From Nitrospirota bacterium (GTDB lineage Bacteria > Nitrospirota > Nitrospiria > 2-01-FULL-66-17), in assembly GCA_049325335.1 (NCBI GenBank), contig JBMOMC010000043.1, positions 1 through 34,191 of the forward strand: 34,191 nt of DNA. Reading direction: 5' to 3'. Of the stretch, positions 6,901 through 16,930 are shown in pieces; position 1 is the first letter of the stretch, and every line of letters begins with the position of its first letter. The notes beneath the pieces were generated by a model. It saw nothing but the letters and a program-made list of their open reading frames with translations, did no database searches and was not told the DNA's origin. The translations under genes and the position numbers were made by a program.

Positions 6901-8307
6901 ATGTCGTCGAAATCACCCAAAACTCCCCGCTCCCGCCCCGTGCAACGCCCTTCGGTTGCTCTCGTGACCCTGGGCTGCCCCAAGAATCAAGTAGATTCCG
7001 AGGTCATGTTGGGCCAACTGGCCCAGGCTGGCCTGCGTGTGGTGGAAGACGCGGGCCGAGCCGACGTGGTGATCGTGAACACGTGCGGCTTCATCGACAC
7101 CGCGAAGGAAGAGTCGATCAACACGATCATTGAACTGGGCGAGCTCAAAAAGACCGGGCAATGCCGCGCGTTGATCGCGACCGGCTGTTTGACCCAGCGG
7201 TACCAAGGCGAATTGCTCAAGGAGTTACCGGAGTTGGACGCGATCGTGGGGACCGGCGACTTTCCAAAGATCGCGGAAATCGCCCAATCTCAATTGGGCA
7301 AGAAATCCCGGTCCACCCGCGAGTGGTTCGAGCACCCCACGTTTCTGTACGATGCGGCCACGCCGCGTCGTCGCATCGGGCCTCGGCATTGGGCGTACGT
7401 CAAAATCTCCGAAGGCTGCGACAAACGGTGCTCGTTCTGCGCGATCCCGAGTTTTCGGGGGGATCTGGCCAGCCGGAGCGTGGAGTCCATCGTGTCGGAA
7501 GTGCGGCAGCTTGCGGCCGAGGGCGTGCGCGAAATCAACCTGATCGCCCAAGACCTGCCTGCGTTCGGGATGGACCACGGCCGCAAAGGGGAGTTGATCC
7601 CGTTGATCCGCGAGCTGGCTGCGATCAACGGGGTGCTCTGGATTCGGCCCATGTACCTGTACCCGCACAAATTGCCCGCGGGCCTGATCGATCTGTTCGT
7701 GGACGAGCCCAAGGTCGTGCCGTACGTGGAAATGCCGATCCAACACATCGACGACGCGATTCTGCGTCGGATGAACCGGGGCGGAACCAGCGCGGAGATC
7801 CGGAAGATCCTCGACGCGTTCCGCGAGCGCGTGCCGGGCGTGGCGATCCGCACGTCGTTCATCGTGGGATTCCCGGGAGAATCCGATGCCGCGTTCGAGC
7901 GACTCGCGGCGTTCGTCGAGGAGCAGCGGTTTGATCGCATCGCGGTGTTCACGTATTCGATGGAAGAGGGCACCACTGCGGCGCCCTTGGACGATCCGAT
8001 TTCGCCCGAGATCAAAACGGAGCGCCGCCAAAGGCTTTTGGACCTGCAATTGGAGATCGCGCAGGACAAGGGTGAGGATCTGGTCGGATCGCGGCGCCCC
8101 GTGATGATCGAGGGGCCGGCGCAGGACGCCCAGTTCGTCCTGGAAGCGCGCATGGCCACGCAGGCGCCGGAGATCGACGGCGTGGTTTATCTCACCGAGG
8201 ACGTCGGTGAGCCGGGTGATGTTGTCGAAGTGACGATCGACGAAGCGATGGGATTTGATTTGGTCGCGAGCCCGTTGGTTCGTTCATCCAAGCTCACGGT
8301 CCTGTAA
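6901..8307 (+). CDS. rimO: Ribosomal protein S12 methylthiotransferase
   Basis: LGCPKNQVDSE, NTCGFI, radical-SAM CDKRCSFC and C-terminal TRAM region with QAPEIDG. Confidence 0.95.
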   Translation: MSSKSPKTPRSRPVQRPSVALVTLGCPKNQVDSEVMLGQLAQAGLRVVEDAGRADVVIVNTCGFIDTAKEESINTIIELGELKKTGQCRALIATGCLTQRYQGELLKELPELDAIVGTGDFPKIAEIAQSQLGKKSRSTREWFEHPTFLYDAATPRRRIGPRHWAYVKISEGCDKRCSFCAIPSFRGDLASRSVESIVSEVRQLAAEGVREINLIAQDLPAFGMDHGRKGELIPLIRELAAINGVLWIRPMYLYPHKLPAGLIDLFVDEPKVVPYVEMPIQHIDDAILRRMNRGGTSAEIRKILDAFRERVPGVAIRTSFIVGFPGESDAAFERLAAFVEEQRFDRIAVFTYSMEEGTTAAPLDDPISPEIKTERRQRLLDLQLEIAQDKGEDLVGSRRPVMIEGPAQDAQFVLEARMATQAPEIDGVVYLTEDVGEPGDVVEVTIDEAMGFDLVASPLVRSSKLTVL

Positions 8308-8322
8308 ACGGGCGGTGACGCG

Positions 8323-9387
8323 TTACGAAAAGCGCGTGAAGTCGATCGTGTACGTCGCGTCGATATCTTCACCCACACCTCCGATCAACGGCTGGAACTT
8401 CAGCAGACAAATCCGCTTGAGGATCGCGTCCTCCAGCGCAGAATACCCGAGGCGGCTTTCGCGGACCTGGCACGACACCACATCGCCTTCCGCCGTGATC
8501 GTGAACCGCACGCTGAGAAAATCCCCAAGATCCGGGCGCTCTTTGAGCGCCGCGTGGTATCGAAGCTTGAACCACGGTTCGAGGGTTTTCATCATTCTGT
8601 AGATGGATTCGTCGCTGCGTTTGGCCAGCAACTCCTCTTCGACGCTGAGTGAGCTTTTGACTTGAGCCGAGGATTTTCCGGCGAGGATCACCGCCTCGCC
8701 ACTGCCTTCGCCTTGGATGCCGGCCACGAGTTGGTCCACGCTGAGCTTCGTGCCGCCGGAACCGGGGCCGACCCCTTCACCGCTGCCGGTTCCCAATCCG
8801 GCCCCTGCTCCCGCTGATCCGCTCTTGGGCAAGTTAGGGTTGCTGAGCACGGACACGTCACCCAAGACGCGATCCAGCTCCGGGGCTTGGCCCACGCCGG
8901 CGCCCCCGCTGTTTTCCGTCAACGCTTTGAGCAACCCGCTTTGCTTGGCCACCGCGCGCGCCTGCTCGCGCCGCGCCGCGGCTTCGGCTTCCATTTTGAT
9001 CCGGGCCTGCTGCATGGCGGCCTCGGCGCGTGCTTGCAACTCTGCCTCGGAAAGGGGCGTTGGCTCGGGTGGCGGCGCGGTCTCGGGTGTTGGTTCGCGT
9101 TTGGCCGGTTCTTTGCGGGCCTTGGGCGCGGTTCCGGTCTCCGCGGGCGTGGTCGGCTCGCTCGGAAGCGCGGGCGGTGTGAGCGCGATCGGCGGAGGCG
9201 GCGGGGCTTCCATGATCAACTTGGCGATGCGCGGGGGCAGGCTCGCCACGTCGGTGGAAGATCGCGTGGGGATCGGTACGAACGAGAGGCCCCAGACCGC
9301 CAGCCCATAGGTCAGGGTGCAGGCGGCCAGCGCGATGAAAAAATCGCGGTCGTCGCGCGCCATGCCGGACCAACGCGCCGCGGTCAT
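8323..9387 (-). CDS. TonB/TolA-like protein with AgmX/PglI-type C-terminal domain (GltG-like)
   Basis: N-terminal TM helix, Pro-rich and Gly-rich linker, C-terminal Y..AL...PDL....VRFTI...G.V..C.V..S.L domain. Directly downstream of exbBDD. Confidence 0.8.
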   Translation of the reverse strand: MTAARWSGMARDDRDFFIALAACTLTYGLAVWGLSFVPIPTRSSTDVASLPPRIAKLIMEAPPPPPIALTPPALPSEPTTPAETGTAPKARKEPAKREPTPETAPPPEPTPLSEAELQARAEAAMQQARIKMEAEAAARREQARAVAKQSGLLKALTENSGGAGVGQAPELDRVLGDVSVLSNPNLPKSGSAGAGAGLGTGSGEGVGPGSGGTKLSVDQLVAGIQGEGSGEAVILAGKSSAQVKSSLSVEEELLAKRSDESIYRMMKTLEPWFKLRYHAALKERPDLGDFLSVRFTITAEGDVVSCQVRESRLGYSALEDAILKRICLLKFQPLIGGVGEDIDATYTIDFTRFS

Positions 9388-9875
9388 CCCGTTTTCGCCT
9401 TCTGAAACACAGCCAATGCGATGTCGCCGAATTCGCTGCGAGCCGCCGTATACATGACGCGCTCGAGCGTGGCGAACGGCGTGTCTTTGTCGCCCATGAT
9501 TGTCACGCGGCCGCGGAACGAGACCGAGGGGTTGCTACCCGCGATTAGCCGCGCCTTGTCCACGCGCGCCGCGAGGGCGGTGCCGAGCGGCGTGATGAAC
9601 GGCCCCGGCTCACTGGTGAGTTCGGCCAGCGAACCCACGGCCTCGTCCTCCACGAACAGCGTGTCTTCGGAAATGGTGATGGTGATCGTGGGCTGCGGCG
9701 CGATGGCGGACGTGGACGTGGGCAACTCCAGGTTTTGCGCGGCCGCGGTCAACGTGCCCTCGGCTGAATAACTCTTGAGCAAGAACACCAACAAGACGGT
9801 GAAGACATCGACCATGGCCGTCAGATTGAGCCGCGGCGGTTCCAAGTGCCGCCGGGCGCCGCGCTCGTTCCTCAC
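9384..9875 (-). CDS. ExbD/TolR family protein (Asp-containing TM)
   Basis: LNLTAMVDVFTVLLVFLL and IMGDKDTPF..L.RVMYTA motifs. The GTG start overlaps the upstream stop (GTGA). Confidence 0.9.
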   Translation of the reverse strand: MRNERGARRHLEPPRLNLTAMVDVFTVLLVFLLKSYSAEGTLTAAAQNLELPTSTSAIAPQPTITITISEDTLFVEDEAVGSLAELTSEPGPFITPLGTALAARVDKARLIAGSNPSVSFRGRVTIMGDKDTPFATLERVMYTAARSEFGDIALAVFQKAKTG

Positions 9876-10408
9876 GGCGTGCTCCGCAACGGCGCGGACG
9901 CTGCGCCCCCCACGCGGCCCAAACTGATGTTCGGGAACAGGGGCTGCGCGACCGGACGACCGTTCTCCTGCGCGAGCCATTCGCGCGACGCGTCCATGGT
10001 CTGCACGAGCAGGTCGTACGGCGTGTCGGCCTGGCTGAGGATCACGATGTCCTGCTGCGCGGGAATCGACCGTTTGATTTCGACCAACAAGTCGGTCAAT
10101 TTGCGCGTGTTGTACGCGCCCTGTTCGTCGAGCGGAATGGCCGCGATCACTTGCGGCCCGTCGCTGAGCACGTAGCCGTCGGACAGGATCGAGACCACGG
10201 GTTTGGGGACGCGGTCGGTGGGCGCGCGGCCCGGCGCGGGCGCGTCCTGGGGCGGCGGCAGATACAGGTTCAAAATCGACGTCTGCGAGAACACGGCGGA
10301 CAAGAGCAAAAACGGAATCAGAATGATCATCAGATTCCATAACGCCACGATGTGGATCGCCTCGTCCGCGACGGGGCGTCGTCTGCGAGCGGCCAGACGC
10401 GGGAGCAT
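9872..10408 (-). CDS. ExbD/TolR family protein (TM Asp replaced by Asn)
   Basis: IVALWNLMIILIPFLLLSAVF and ADTPYDLLVQTMDA motifs. Confidence 0.88.
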   Translation of the reverse strand: MLPRLAARRRRPVADEAIHIVALWNLMIILIPFLLLSAVFSQTSILNLYLPPPQDAPAPGRAPTDRVPKPVVSILSDGYVLSDGPQVIAAIPLDEQGAYNTRKLTDLLVEIKRSIPAQQDIVILSQADTPYDLLVQTMDASREWLAQENGRPVAQPLFPNISLGRVGGAASAPLRSTP

Positions 10409-11049
10409 CAGCGCGCGGGGCGGTCGCTCAGTCGGTTGGACAGGCGGAGCGAGTACTCGTCGATTTCGTCCCCGAGCCGCGCGGCCCGGGACTGCATGAA
10501 CGAATAGGCCAGCATCAACACAATGGCCACCATCAATCCAAACGCGGTGTTGTTCAGCGCCAAGGAAATGCCGTTGGCGAGCAACGCGGCTTTTTGCGCG
10601 GGGTCGGCCAAGGACACGGCGGTAAACGCCGTGATCAACCCGACCACGGTGCCCAGCAGACCCACCAGGGTCGCCACGTTCGAGAGCGTGTACAAATAGT
10701 GAATCCGCTTTTCCAGTTGGGGCAGGGTCGACCGAACCGCTTCTTCGATGCGCCGATCAATGCCGCTGCGATCGTCGCCGCGCTGGGCCGCGGCCAGTCC
10801 CGCGGCCAAGACGCGCCCGAGCGGCGCGGGCGAGCGCTCCGCGTGGTGGTGCGCGTCGGCCACCTTGTCGTGTCGAAGCAAGTCGTCGATCTCGCGCCAG
10901 AACGCCTCGGCGTTGATCCGACCGCGAATCAGCAGCGCCAGCGCGCGGTCCACCACGATCGCGGTCCCGACCACCATGACCACGAGAATGCCCCACATGA
11001 AGATTCCGCCGGCTTCAAAGTTGGCGACTAAAAACTGCACGATTTCCAT
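10408..11049 (-). CDS. MotA/TolQ/ExbB proton channel protein (AglR-like)
   Basis: GG.FM..I N-terminal TM, ATLVGLLGTVVGLITAF and GISLALNNTAFGL motifs; AGGAG RBS. Confidence 0.93.
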   Translation of the reverse strand: MEIVQFLVANFEAGGIFMWGILVVMVVGTAIVVDRALALLIRGRINAEAFWREIDDLLRHDKVADAHHHAERSPAPLGRVLAAGLAAAQRGDDRSGIDRRIEEAVRSTLPQLEKRIHYLYTLSNVATLVGLLGTVVGLITAFTAVSLADPAQKAALLANGISLALNNTAFGLMVAIVLMLAYSFMQSRAARLGDEIDEYSLRLSNRLSDRPAR

Positions 11050-11088
11050 CTAGGCTCCTTCCTACCCCATCAGAATCATTGCCGCGCG

Positions 11089-11442
11089 TTAATGCTCGTG
11101 GTCGTTCGTCTCACGAAGGATGGCACCGCGATCGAGCGGAGTCAACAGTTCGACAGTGAAATCATGGACCAATGGGGCCGCATTCGAACGAAACGCGGCC
11201 GGCCGTTGCCACGGCACGGGTCGCTCCGTGGTGGGCGTCAACACATCGCCCACGATCGTGGTCCCGAAGATGATGACGCGTCGGGGTTTGGATTTTTTGG
11301 TCGGTTGGGCCGAAGGAACCGCGGAATCCGGAGCGGGCGCGCGAACCGTGGGCGCGGCGCCCGGCGCCGGCGCGGCCGCCGTCGGGACCGGGAGCGTGAT
11401 GCCGACCGCCACCATCCCGGCCGTGAGCAGGCGCGCGATCAT
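11089..11442 (-). CDS. Small exported protein (GltF-like position and motif)
   Basis: Signal peptide, Pro/Ala linker and GTTIVGD..TP....VPW motif; ATGA overlap with the upstream gene. Confidence 0.65.
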   Translation of the reverse strand: MIARLLTAGMVAVGITLPVPTAAAPAPGAAPTVRAPAPDSAVPSAQPTKKSKPRRVIIFGTTIVGDVLTPTTERPVPWQRPAAFRSNAAPLVHDFTVELLTPLDRGAILRETNDHEH

Positions 11443-12038
11443 GGCGCGCCTCCCGCCGCCCCGTTCGGCGCGGCCAGTCGGCGCTCCAAGGCCTTCACCC
11501 ACGGCGCCACCAGATCCGCGTCGGACCCGCCGAGCGACACCACGGCGCGGTAATGCGTCAACGCGTCTTCCGGGCGGTTGAGGAACACTTCGTACAACAC
11601 CGCGAGATTATAATGCGAATCCGCCTGCTCCGGTCGCAATTCGACTGCGCGCAGGTACGCGCGTTCAGCCTCGGTCCACGCGCCCCGCGCGCGCTGCGCC
11701 ACGCCCAGGTTGTGATAGGCCCGGGCATCGCGGGGATCGAGCGTGATCGCGGCCTGGTATTCGCGAATCGCCTCGTCGATCCGACCGGCGTGTCGGTGCA
11801 CGATCCCCAAATTGGTGTGCGGCGCGGCCTGAGTCGGCGCGGCCGCGATGACCTCGCGCCACAGGGTCTGCGCGCGATCCGCATTTCCGGATTCTTGCGC
11901 GGCCAGCGCGCGGGCGAACAAGGCGGCGACGTCCACCTGGGGCGCGGCAACGGGGTCGCCCCGCACCGCCGCCCCGCCGCACCCGGCCGCGTGCGCGCAC
12001 GCGGCCGCGAGAAGGATCGCGGTCAGCCGCGACTTCAC
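11439..12038 (-). CDS. TPR lipoprotein (GltE-like)
   Basis: Lipobox AAGC; TPRs PHTNLG, AYHNLG and SHYNLAVLYE; GTGA overlap. Confidence 0.85.
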   Translation of the reverse strand: MKSRLTAILLAAACAHAAGCGGAAVRGDPVAAPQVDVAALFARALAAQESGNADRAQTLWREVIAAAPTQAAPHTNLGIVHRHAGRIDEAIREYQAAITLDPRDARAYHNLGVAQRARGAWTEAERAYLRAVELRPEQADSHYNLAVLYEVFLNRPEDALTHYRAVVSLGGSDADLVAPWVKALERRLAAPNGAAGGAP

Positions 12039-14878
12039 GGCGCAGCCTCCAAGTCGCGACGCAGCAGTTCGAGCCGCTCGGGTCTGCGATAACGCGCCGG
12101 GCGCAGCTCGGCCAGACGTTCAACGCTTGTGGCGATCCAGGCGTCGAAGAGCCCGAGTTCCTGCACGCGACGGATATTGGCCTCGTACGCGCCGACCGCG
12201 CGATCTTCAAACGGCGCGGCCTGCTCTTCGATCAAAAAATTGTACTGTTCGAGTTCGTCCGCGGTCAGGCCGGCGGGCCGGTCCGACGCGAGCAGGGCGC
12301 GGAAAAATTCTTCCAACGCCGCGCCGATCTTGTGGGTGGCTTCGGTGCTGGTCGCCGCAATCTTGATGTCCGCGGCCTCGGCGTACGCGGCCAACGCGCT
12401 GTTAAGCGCCTCGCGTTTTTGCACGAGGGCGTGTTCCAGGGGATCTTTCAGCCGCACCGCGGCTCCGGCCGCGGCGTGGCGGTCACCCAGCGCGACCAAG
12501 GCCCGGGCCGCGAGCAGGTCGGCCTGAGTGGTCTCCTGAATGCCGCGTTGACCGCGCCACTCGCGATACCGGGTCAACGCGCCGTCGGTCAGTGTCGCGG
12601 CGGCGGGACGCCGGAGTTCGGCGGCCGCGCGCCCGGCGCGAAACGCGGCTTCGATCGCGCGTTCCGGGGGCAAGTCGGGCCGCGCGGCCAAGGCCGTGAG
12701 CGCGCGTTCGGCGCGGGGCCAATCGCGCGCCCGTTCCGCCAAATCCGCGATGGTCCACGTCAACTCGTCCCGTGGTCCGCCGTCGCTGCGCGCGGCGAGC
12801 CGGTCGTACCAGGTGATGGCCGCGGGCAAGTCGCCGGAGGATTCCGCGGCCGTCGCCAAGTTGCGCAACGCGGTCGGGGCGTCGTCGCTCGCGGGGTATT
12901 GCTCCGCGAGGCGTCGCCACACCGCGACGGCGTCAGCAGGCCGTCCGGCTTGGGCGTGCAGCGCGGCGGCTTCGCTCAACGCTGCGGGTGCCACCGTGGT
13001 GGCGGGGTAGTCCGCGGCCGCGCGTAACAAGGCCTGGATCGCGTCCGCGGCACGGCCGTTAGTCTTGTCGTGATCGGCCGCTTGGAACAAGGCGGCCGCG
13101 GCCAGCGCGGTGAGGGCCGAAGCCTGTTTCGGGTCCGCGCCCGCAATCGCGCGACGAAACGCGCGTTCCGCGTCGAGAAATCGGCCGCGATCGTACAAGC
13201 CCTGCCCGATCAGCCGGTGAGCCTGGGACGTCCACCGACTGGAGGGATACGCGCCGACCAAGCGGCTTGCGAGTTCGGAAGCCGACTCCGCGCGCCCCGC
13301 CCGCAGTGCGGTCTCCGCGGCTTTCATGAGCAGATCGGGATTGCGGGGGTCGTCGGGGTACGCGGCGATAAATTGCGAAGAGTCCGCGGCCAACCGGTCT
13401 GCGGCCTCTGGGGACACCGACCCGTCCGCGGGAATGAGGCGGTCTCGTGCCGTGACTGCGGCGTACGCCGCGTCGCGGGTTTGCGGGTGGCGGGGATAGT
13501 CGTACGCGCTGCGGCGGTACGCGTCCGCAGCGTCGGCGTACCGCCCCAACTCGAACAACGCTTCCCCCCGCAGCCAGGTTACGCGCGCCGCGTCCACGTC
13601 CTTGGGAAACACGGCCAGGAACCGATCGTGACGGGCGAGCGCTTTGGTCCATGCCGCGGGTTGGCGAGTCTGCTGGGCGTGGGAGTGTTCGTAGAGCGCG
13701 AGTTGATACAACGCGTCCTTGACGAGGGGTTGCGCGACCTGCGCCCAGGCGTCGGGGTTCGCGCGCGCCCAGGGGGTGCCCGGCGTGTAGTAGTCGGCGA
13801 GGCGCTCACGCGCCTCGAGCAGCGCGGCCTGCCGTTTGGCGCGGGTGTACGCGTCCGCGACGGCGGACTGAAATCGCGGGGCGTTCGGGTGCATGGGCGC
13901 GGCGGCAAGAAACGCGTGATAGGTCGCGACCGCGTCTTGGGTCCGATCCTGCTCCTGATACAACGCGCCCAACGTGCGGTAGAGCGTTTCCTCGTAGGAG
14001 CGCCGTTCGGAGCCGGCAAAATACGCCCGCATCTCGTCGGCGCCGCCCATGTAGTCGAATGACAACAAGAGGGCCTTGACGACCTCGTTGATGAACGCGG
14101 CGTCGGCTTCGGGCAGATCCGCGAGCGCGAACCCCGCGCCGATCTGGCGGCGCGCGGCGACGGCGGTGTCCAAAATCGCGACAAAGGCGTCGGCGGCTTG
14201 TCGGTATTCCTGGAGGTTGAGAGCGCTCCATCCCAACTGAAACCGGGCGGCTTCAACCAGCGCCGGATCTTGACCGCGCGCGGCCCGTCGGAACAGATCC
14301 GCGGCGCGCGGAAACTCCCGCGCGGCGAACGCCCGCAGTCCCAAGCGATACGCGGCGTCCGGCAGGTAGGTGCTTTTGGGATAGTCGGTCATGAGTCGGC
14401 GCAGCCCCGCCGCCGCGTCATCGGGACGCCCGGTTTCGTCGTACGCTCGCGCGAGTTGATAGAGCGCCCCGTCGTTGTCCGCCCTGGCCGGATACTGCGC
14501 CAACAGGCGCTCGTACACCACGATCGACTTGGCGCGCGTTCGCGCCGGAGGCGGTCCCGCCTTGGCGAGCGGCGCGCGGTCTGCGGCGGTCTCGATCTCG
14601 GTGTAGAGGTCTCCCAACACGTGCATGGCGTCGGCCCGCAACGCGGAACGTCCGGCCAGGTCTTCCATGACGAACCGTTCGTAGGCCCGGAGCGCGTCGA
14701 GTTTCGCGGCCTTCCCGCGCGGGTCGCGCTGACTCGAGAGCACGTCTTGCGTAATCGCGCGACGTTTGGCCGGGTCAACCACGTAGGACTCCCCCGCCGC
14801 CGGCGCGACCGACGCGGCCCCCGAGAGAACCAGGGCGAGAGCCCCCCACGCCAGCCGTGATCGCGCGCGGCTAGTCAA
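12035..14878 (-). CDS. Large exported TPR protein (GltD-like)
   Basis: Signal peptide and many YP-ending TPRs (ALYQLARAY, L...YPKS). C-terminal ELEQY..LIEEQA.PFE..A...YE.N motif. The TTG start at 14878 is inferred from overlap with the upstream stop. Confidence 0.85.
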   Translation of the reverse strand: MTSRARSRLAWGALALVLSGAASVAPAAGESYVVDPAKRRAITQDVLSSQRDPRGKAAKLDALRAYERFVMEDLAGRSALRADAMHVLGDLYTEIETAADRAPLAKAGPPPARTRAKSIVVYERLLAQYPARADNDGALYQLARAYDETGRPDDAAAGLRRLMTDYPKSTYLPDAAYRLGLRAFAAREFPRAADLFRRAARGQDPALVEAARFQLGWSALNLQEYRQAADAFVAILDTAVAARRQIGAGFALADLPEADAAFINEVVKALLLSFDYMGGADEMRAYFAGSERRSYEETLYRTLGALYQEQDRTQDAVATYHAFLAAAPMHPNAPRFQSAVADAYTRAKRQAALLEARERLADYYTPGTPWARANPDAWAQVAQPLVKDALYQLALYEHSHAQQTRQPAAWTKALARHDRFLAVFPKDVDAARVTWLRGEALFELGRYADAADAYRRSAYDYPRHPQTRDAAYAAVTARDRLIPADGSVSPEAADRLAADSSQFIAAYPDDPRNPDLLMKAAETALRAGRAESASELASRLVGAYPSSRWTSQAHRLIGQGLYDRGRFLDAERAFRRAIAGADPKQASALTALAAAALFQAADHDKTNGRAADAIQALLRAAADYPATTVAPAALSEAAALHAQAGRPADAVAVWRRLAEQYPASDDAPTALRNLATAAESSGDLPAAITWYDRLAARSDGGPRDELTWTIADLAERARDWPRAERALTALAARPDLPPERAIEAAFRAGRAAAELRRPAAATLTDGALTRYREWRGQRGIQETTQADLLAARALVALGDRHAAAGAAVRLKDPLEHALVQKREALNSALAAYAEAADIKIAATSTEATHKIGAALEEFFRALLASDRPAGLTADELEQYNFLIEEQAAPFEDRAVGAYEANIRRVQELGLFDAWIATSVERLAELRPARYRRPERLELLRRDLEAAP

Positions 14879-16778
14879 GCGAGAGGCTTTCGCGACCGAT
14901 GTCGTCGCGAAGGTTCCGCGCAATGCCCAGGCTCGCCGCGATCGACCAGCTTTCGACCCGCTCGCGTTCTCGGTCAACCTCCTCGAGGATCACCGACGCG
15001 AGCGCCTTGCGGGACTCGCCCTTGGCCACATCGATCCGAGTGAGAATGTCTTGGCCCTGCGCCATCAATTGTGAGCCGTCGTTGCCGTGCAGACGCCCGC
15101 CCAGGGTGCCGGGGTTCGGGGCGGTGAGGAATCCGGGGAAATCGGCCAGGGTTCGACGCAGGTCGCGCTCCACCTGCACCAACCAGTGGTATCGCGTCAG
15201 CGCCAGGGCGATCGACGGGGTGTCCCGAAGGAGCCGCCGCGCGGAGGCGGGAACTCCGGCGGTGTCGTCGGACAGGGGGTCCCACGCGGGCCCGCGCACC
15301 GCGGCGCGAAACCGATCCAACGCGGCCGCGGACTCGCCCAGGGCGTCCAAGGCGCCGCGGTACGCGGCTACGGATCGGGTGGGCGCGCGTAGCTCGGCGT
15401 AGGAGGCCGCCGCGGCTAACCGCGCTTCATGCGCGTACGGGCCGTCCGGAGCGCGCGTCGTGAGGTCGTCGAACACCGCGATGGCTTGGACGTGTTCCCC
15501 GGCTTTGCTTAGGGACCAGCCGATCGCGAACAGCGCGGCGTGGAACATGGGGTGATCCGAGGGTACCTGCCGGAGTTCTTCGATGGCTTCGGGGTACCGT
15601 GCCTGCTCCAGGAGTTGAAACCCGAGCGCGGCGTGGGCGTAGGACGCCACGTCGGACTGGACGGGGTTAAAGAACGAGCGAGCTTGCGTCAATTTCGTCA
15701 AGGACGTGATCGCGGTGAACGCGTCGCCCTGGCCGGCGAGGGCTTGGGCCTGGCCGAACGCGGCGAGCGAGGCGTCCGCGCTGGACTTCGGCACGGCGCG
15801 GAACGCGTCTCCCGCTTGCGCGAACGCGCGGAGCGCGAGCGCGCTCAGTCCTGCCACGGTGCGTGCTTCGCCGAGCAGGTCCGGCGGGAGCGCGGAGCCG
15901 ATCCGCGCGTGGGCCTGGAGCACGCGGTCGTGCCGGCCATCTTGGTACGCGATCCGTTCGATTTCGAGCCACGCGCGGGCGCGCAGCGTCTCGTCGGACG
16001 TGTCGGCGGCCAGTTGCTCGAGCACGGTTTCCGCGGCTTCCGGCGCGCCCAGCGTGCCGTACGCCGCCGCCAACAACAACCTCGCGTCGGTCTGCTCGTG
16101 CGGGGGGAGACCGTTCTGGATTGCGGCGAGCAGGGCGCTGGCTGCGCCGTGCGCGTTGCCGGATGCGGCTTCGAACCGGCCGATGCGGTAGGCCAGGTCT
16201 CCGGCGGGCGGGGCGCCCGGCCGAGGCCGCAGGAGCGATTCGCCTAGGGATTCGATCGAGAGCGAGGGCTCCGCGTTGGGGGCCTCGTGAAACCTCAGCA
16301 CATAGTGCTCAGCGGGCCGCGCGCTTTCCAGGGAAAAGGATTTGGTGCGAAGATAGGGTTTGCCGTTGCGATCGATGCCCTTAAACGTCGCGACCAGGGT
16401 GTGAGATCCGGGACGGAACGGGGCGGCCGGCACGAGCACGTGCAACGCGCCGTTGACCAGCGCGTGCCACTCCCGATCAGTATACGTGTGTTCAACCGGA
16501 GCCAGCCGATCTAACGAGACCCGGATCCACCCGGGCAGGTGGTGCGCGTGCAGGGGTTCGGCCTGGCGCGGCACCTCAAAGAGAATTTCGATGTGCGGAG
16601 GGATCGCGTGGCCGGTTTCGCGAAACGAGACGGCCGCGGCGCTGAACGAGACGGCCGATTGCTTGAGGGCGCGCGCGCGATGATCCGCCGTGCTCTCCTC
16701 CGCCGCCCGCGCGATCGAACACGTGCCCGCGGCCCACAGGGCCGCGCACAGACTAAGACGGATGAGCGCGGGATTCAA
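14871..16778 (-). CDS. Exported TPR protein with N-terminal beta-rich domain (GltC-like)
   Basis: Signal-like segment, beta-rich N-domain, TPRs (ALFAIGWS) and coiled C-terminus ending ASLGIARNLRD. Start uncertain. Confidence 0.78.
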   Translation of the reverse strand: MNPALIRLSLCAALWAAGTCSIARAAEESTADHRARALKQSAVSFSAAAVSFRETGHAIPPHIEILFEVPRQAEPLHAHHLPGWIRVSLDRLAPVEHTYTDREWHALVNGALHVLVPAAPFRPGSHTLVATFKGIDRNGKPYLRTKSFSLESARPAEHYVLRFHEAPNAEPSLSIESLGESLLRPRPGAPPAGDLAYRIGRFEAASGNAHGAASALLAAIQNGLPPHEQTDARLLLAAAYGTLGAPEAAETVLEQLAADTSDETLRARAWLEIERIAYQDGRHDRVLQAHARIGSALPPDLLGEARTVAGLSALALRAFAQAGDAFRAVPKSSADASLAAFGQAQALAGQGDAFTAITSLTKLTQARSFFNPVQSDVASYAHAALGFQLLEQARYPEAIEELRQVPSDHPMFHAALFAIGWSLSKAGEHVQAIAVFDDLTTRAPDGPYAHEARLAAAASYAELRAPTRSVAAYRGALDALGESAAALDRFRAAVRGPAWDPLSDDTAGVPASARRLLRDTPSIALALTRYHWLVQVERDLRRTLADFPGFLTAPNPGTLGGRLHGNDGSQLMAQGQDILTRIDVAKGESRKALASVILEEVDRERERVESWSIAASLGIARNLRDDIGRESLSLD

Positions 16779-16930
16779 GGCAAACACAGGACGATCGGCT
16801 GGTCCGAATGACGCCGGTGCGGTATTCCAGATCGGGAACGACACTCGCCTACCAACACGAACGCCGCGCAGCGATGAACTTAGAAATGGTAATCGAAGCG
16901 ATCGACGGAACGCAACAGCGGGACCTCTGT

